NCBI GenBank assembly: GCA_046759445.1
Contig: JBHICG010000014.1
Location: 1-62,040 of the forward strand
Source of the DNA: Candidatus Scalinduaceae bacterium
Lineage (GTDB): Bacteria > Planctomycetota > Brocadiia > Brocadiales > Scalinduaceae
Length of the DNA stretch: 62,040 nucleotides
Direction: 5' to 3'
The notes beneath the pieces were generated by a model. It ran no database searches and had not been told where the DNA came from. It saw only the letters and a list, made by a program, of their open reading frames with translations. The translations under genes and the position numbers were made by a program. Below, in pieces: positions 58,549-62,040 of the stretch (within the stretch, counting starts at the first letter, position 1; each line of letters opens with the position of its first letter).

Positions 58549-59733
58549 TTGGTTAAAGATAGGGTTATAGAACTTTTTGACAATTTTGTAATTCCAAATT
58601 ATATTCGTAATCCTATGGTTCTGGTTAAGGGTGAAGGGGTGTACGTATGGGATGAAGGCGGAAAGCGATATCTGGATCTTTTTTCTGGTTGGGCCGTTAG
58701 CTCTTTAGGACATTGTCATCCCAATGTAACAAAGGCAATACAAAAGCAGGCTGCTACTTTGGTGCATGTACCCAATATTTATTATACGGAATCACAGGGA
58801 CTCCTGGCGAAATATATTTCTGAAAATTCCTTTAATGGCCAATGTTTTTTTTGTAACAGTGGCGCAGAGGCAAATGAAGCAGCCATAAAATTGGCAAGGA
58901 TTCATAATTCTCCTAAAGGCAAATATAAAATTATTACGATGAGAAATGCCTTTCATGGAAGAACACTTGCAACCGTAACGGCTACGGCACAACCAAAGTA
59001 TCAAAAAGGGTTCTCGCCCCTTATCGAAGGTTTCACATACGTCTCATTTAATAATCTTGGTGAAGTGGAAAAGGCTATAGATGATAAGACATGTGGTATT
59101 ATGCTTGAACCCATTCAAGGAGAAGGGGGTATTAATGTCGCTGATAAAGAATACTTAAAGGGACTGAGGCAGATTTGTGATGATAAAGGGCTTCTCTTGA
59201 TTTTGGATGAGGTTCAGACAGGTATGGGGAGGACGGGAGAGTATTTTGCGTATCAACATTATGATATAAGTCCTGATATTATGACACTTGCTAAATCCCT
59301 TGGCAATGGTATTGCCATAGGCGCTATGGAGGCCAAAAAAGATGTTGCTAGAAGTTTAGTACCAGGGAGTCATGCCTCTACTTTTGGTGGGAATTCCCTT
59401 GCATGTGCGGCTTCCGTTGCGGTGTTTGAAACAATTCAATCAGATAATTTGCTGAAAAATGTGAAAAAAGTTGGTGACTATGTTTTTCAAGAGTTAAGAA
59501 ATATGTCAAAAGAATTTAATATTATTAATGAAGTGAGAGGAATAGGGTTGATGATTGGCATTGAGCTGAAAATTGAAGCAAATGAAGCTGTAAAGAAATG
59601 TATGGAAGCGGGATTATTACTTAACTGTACTCAAGGGAATGTGATAAGATTCATGCCTCAGTTGAATGTGAAGAAGAAACACATAGATGAGGGACTGGAC
59701 ATTTTGAGAAATGTCTTAATATCAATAAATTAA
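58549..59733 (+). CDS. argD: acetylornithine aminotransferase
   Basis: NSGAEANEAAIK, FHGRT, EPIQGEGG, DEVQTG, HASTFGGN. Confidence 0.93.
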   Translation: MVKDRVIELFDNFVIPNYIRNPMVLVKGEGVYVWDEGGKRYLDLFSGWAVSSLGHCHPNVTKAIQKQAATLVHVPNIYYTESQGLLAKYISENSFNGQCFFCNSGAEANEAAIKLARIHNSPKGKYKIITMRNAFHGRTLATVTATAQPKYQKGFSPLIEGFTYVSFNNLGEVEKAIDDKTCGIMLEPIQGEGGINVADKEYLKGLRQICDDKGLLLILDEVQTGMGRTGEYFAYQHYDISPDIMTLAKSLGNGIAIGAMEAKKDVARSLVPGSHASTFGGNSLACAASVAVFETIQSDNLLKNVKKVGDYVFQELRNMSKEFNIINEVRGIGLMIGIELKIEANEAVKKCMEAGLLLNCTQGNVIRFMPQLNVKKKHIDEGLDILRNVLISIN

Positions 59734-59943
59734 ACGACCTGGAAATTCTATAACATATTGAAATATAAGGACTTTGTGCGTTAAAAAAATAGTAACTGTG
59801 TAACTAAGTAATTTAGTAATTAAATTTCGCAAAATTTATGTCCTGAATTCGATTCAGGATAAACAATGTTGCCATTTTCTCTCCAATTACTTAATTACCC
59901 AGCTACTCAATTACTAAGTTAGCGACTGAAGGGAGCTAATTTA

Positions 59944-60873
59944 ATGCAGTGTAAAAATTTGGTTACAATTGAAGATCTTTCAGTTGAAGACATCAAAGAA
60001 TTGTTTATGTTGACGGCTGAGATCAAAGAAGTTCATAAACAAAAGGAGTTTGCAACTTCCCTTGATGGTAAGACACTTGGTATGATTTTTGAAAAAAGCT
60101 CTATGAGAACAAGGGTTTCTTTTGAGGTTGCAATGACTCAGCTAGGAGGCCATGCAATATATCTAACTAAACAGGATATTAACCTTGGTGAAAGAGAAGC
60201 CGTAAAGGATGTGGCAGCGATTTTGTCTCGATATGTGGATTGTATTACAATTAGGACTTATGCTCATGAAACGGTTGTTGAACTTGCCAATCATTCGTCC
60301 GTACCTGTGATTAATGCGCTTTCTGATTATACTCATCCTTGCCAGGCTCTTGCAGACTTATTTACAATAAGAGAAAAAAAAGGGGACCTTGATAATGTTC
60401 AATTAGCATATGTTGGTGATGGGAATAATGTTGCCAGGTCATTGGCATTTTTATGCGCAAAGCTTAATGTTTCGTACAAGATAGCTTCGCCTGAAAATTA
60501 CGTGTTGTCCACAGAATTTTTAGAAAAAGTTAAGGATGTTGCAAGTCCAAACACCTGTATTGAGCAACATAGAGATCCAAAAGAAGCGATTAGGGATGCG
60601 GACGTTATTTATACTGATACATGGATTAGTATGGGCAAGGAAAAAGAGGCGATAACCAGGCGTAAAGATTTTAAAGGCTATCAGATAAATAATGAATTAA
60701 TTGCATTATGCAAAAAGGATGTTTTTGTAATGCATTGCCTTCCTGCCCATCGTGGAGAAGAGATAACAGATGAAGTTATTGATGGGCCAAATTCAATAGT
60801 TTATGATCAGGCTGAAAATAGATTACACATTCAAAAGGCACTATTAAAACTTCTAATGTGTAAACCCCGCTAG
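59944..60873 (+). CDS. argF: ornithine carbamoyltransferase
   Basis: SMRTR, HPCQALAD, MHCLP, QAENR. Confidence 0.95.
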   Translation: MQCKNLVTIEDLSVEDIKELFMLTAEIKEVHKQKEFATSLDGKTLGMIFEKSSMRTRVSFEVAMTQLGGHAIYLTKQDINLGEREAVKDVAAILSRYVDCITIRTYAHETVVELANHSSVPVINALSDYTHPCQALADLFTIREKKGDLDNVQLAYVGDGNNVARSLAFLCAKLNVSYKIASPENYVLSTEFLEKVKDVASPNTCIEQHRDPKEAIRDADVIYTDTWISMGKEKEAITRRKDFKGYQINNELIALCKKDVFVMHCLPAHRGEEITDEVIDGPNSIVYDQAENRLHIQKALLKLLMCKPR

Positions 60874-60989
60874 AAATTTTTTGTAAGGGGATACACTTGA
60901 GGAGGCATTAAACTATTTTTATTGTTTTTGTCTTCATCCCGTTTGATGGGGTATAATACAGAGTTTGTAGGTGAGTTTTTCTAACGGGG
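60865..60989. repeat. short inverted-repeat-bounded element (MITE/REP-like)
   Basis: CCCCGCTAGAAA at 60865 and TTTCTAACGGGG ending at 60989; supplies the argF stop codon. Confidence 0.55.
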
Positions 60990-61010
60990 CAAATAAAATA
61001 ATGGACGGAT

Positions 61011-61742
61011 ATGCCGAAAAATATGATCCGAAAAGACGGTAGAAAACCAGATGAGATGCGTCCTGTATCTATAGAAAGAAATTTTACTAAATTTGCATCT
61101 GGTTCTGTACTTATAGAGCTTGGAGATACTAAAGTAATTTGTACAGCCTCGGTGGATGAAAATGTACCTCCTTATTTAAAAAATACGGGTCAGGGTTGGA
61201 TTACGGCAGAATATTCTTTGCTTCCAGGGGCTACACAAAAAAGGGCAGCAAGAGAATCAACACGTGGCAAGGTAAATGGGCGTACTCAAGAAATTCAAAG
61301 GCTGATAGGCAGGTCTATGCGTACTATAGTTAATTTAACCGCGCTGGGTGAGAGAACAATATGGATAGATTGTGATGTAATTCAGGCCGACGGTGGAACA
61401 CGAGTTGCATCCATAACTGGTGGTTACGTTGCATTAGTTGATGCCATCAATTGGTTAAAGGATAGGGGGGAAATATCGGAAATTCCACTTTTGGGAAGTA
61501 TAGCAGCCGTAAGTGTCGGGATAGTAAATGGTGTATCTATGTTAGACTTAAACTATGAAGAGGACTTCGCAGCTCAAGTCGATATGAATATGGTTTTAAC
61601 AGGAGATGGTAGGTATGTTGAATTACAGGGTACTGGAGAGCAACATACATTTACTGAGGGTGAGCTTGCAGAAATGATTAGTCATGCCAAAAAAGGAATA
61701 AATGAATTGACAAGTGTACAAAAGAAAGTTTTAGAAGATTAG
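61011..61742 (+). CDS. rph: ribonuclease PH
   Basis: [39 protein letters not shown]. Confidence 0.96.
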   Translation: MPKNMIRKDGRKPDEMRPVSIERNFTKFASGSVLIELGDTKVICTASVDENVPPYLKNTGQGWITAEYSLLPGATQKRAARESTRGKVNGRTQEIQRLIGRSMRTIVNLTALGERTIWIDCDVIQADGGTRVASITGGYVALVDAINWLKDRGEISEIPLLGSIAAVSVGIVNGVSMLDLNYEEDFAAQVDMNMVLTGDGRYVELQGTGEQHTFTEGELAEMISHAKKGINELTSVQKKVLED

Positions 61743-61773
61743 TGTTGATAAGATATAGGAACTCCGAGACATT

Positions 61774-62040
61774 ATGTTAAAAACGAAGGAAATTGTAATA
61801 GGCACAAGTAACTGTAAAAAGAAATCTGAGATTAAGGAGATACTAAACGAGATCTCCGTAGATTTGATAGATTTAGAAAATTTTGAAAATCCACCTTGCG
61901 TTGTTGAAGATGGTACTACTTTTAGTGAAAATGCATCGAAGAAGGCGCTTGAACTGGCTAATTTTTGTAAAATGTGGGTAATGGCAGATGACTCAGGATT
62001 AGAAGTTGATGCCTTGAATAAACGGCCGGGTGTATTATCT
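61774..62040 (+). CDS. rdgB: non-canonical purine NTP pyrophosphatase (partial, runs off window)
   Basis: IVIGTSN.KK.EI, VEDGTTFSENASKKA, ADDSGLEVDAL..RPGV; follows rph. Confidence 0.88.
   Translation, partial: MLKTKEIVIGTSNCKKKSEIKEILNEISVDLIDLENFENPPCVVEDGTTFSENASKKALELANFCKMWVMADDSGLEVDALNKRPGVLS

Noticed and set aside
432..59004. Numerous 60-150 aa antisense or alternate-frame ORFs overlapping confident genes (e.g. 432-746, 8390-8854, 32802-33194, 43730-44149, 56019-56402)
   Set aside because: Shadow ORFs of well-supported genes with no motifs or RBS.
1..62040. tRNA/rRNA genes
   Set aside because: No cloverleaf, T-loop (GTTCGAATC-type) context or rRNA-like sequence recognised.

Overview
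62-kb window from an AT-rich bacterial chromosome, most likely an anammox planctomycete (Ca. Scalindua/Brocadiales; inferred from an anammox-type octaheme HAO/HOX paralogue and gene content). It opens with a complete IS4-family element (1-1691) inserted in a LysM gene. Housekeeping genes follow (thrC, GlmU-like, bactofilins, nhaP, S8 protease, msrA, LKR/SDH-like, murQ, uvrC), and the window ends with pyrK-pyrD, ruvC, argB-argD-argF, rph and a partial rdgB. Between the convergent uvrC and pyrK lies a ~37-kb accessory/defence hotspot with four type II TA pairs, a multi-domain GmrSD-like nuclease, a SMODS(CD-NTase)+SLATT pair, a PLD-helicase + N6-methyltransferase RM-like locus, and a tight four-gene operon (Septu-like ATPase + HNH + AdoMet-decarboxylase-like + DUF3326). 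Metabolic cargo includes PFK-2/FBPase-2, an HAO-like protein and PutA. No integrase is visible in the hotspot. Instead it is punctuated by displaced copies of the uvrC and pyrK 3' ends and by up to nine full or partial copies of a promoter/hairpin/gene-start module that separates cargo genes like cassettes. Several REP-like palindromes sit in-frame inside the RM genes and pyrK. All calls are by-eye motif recognition; no database searches were run.
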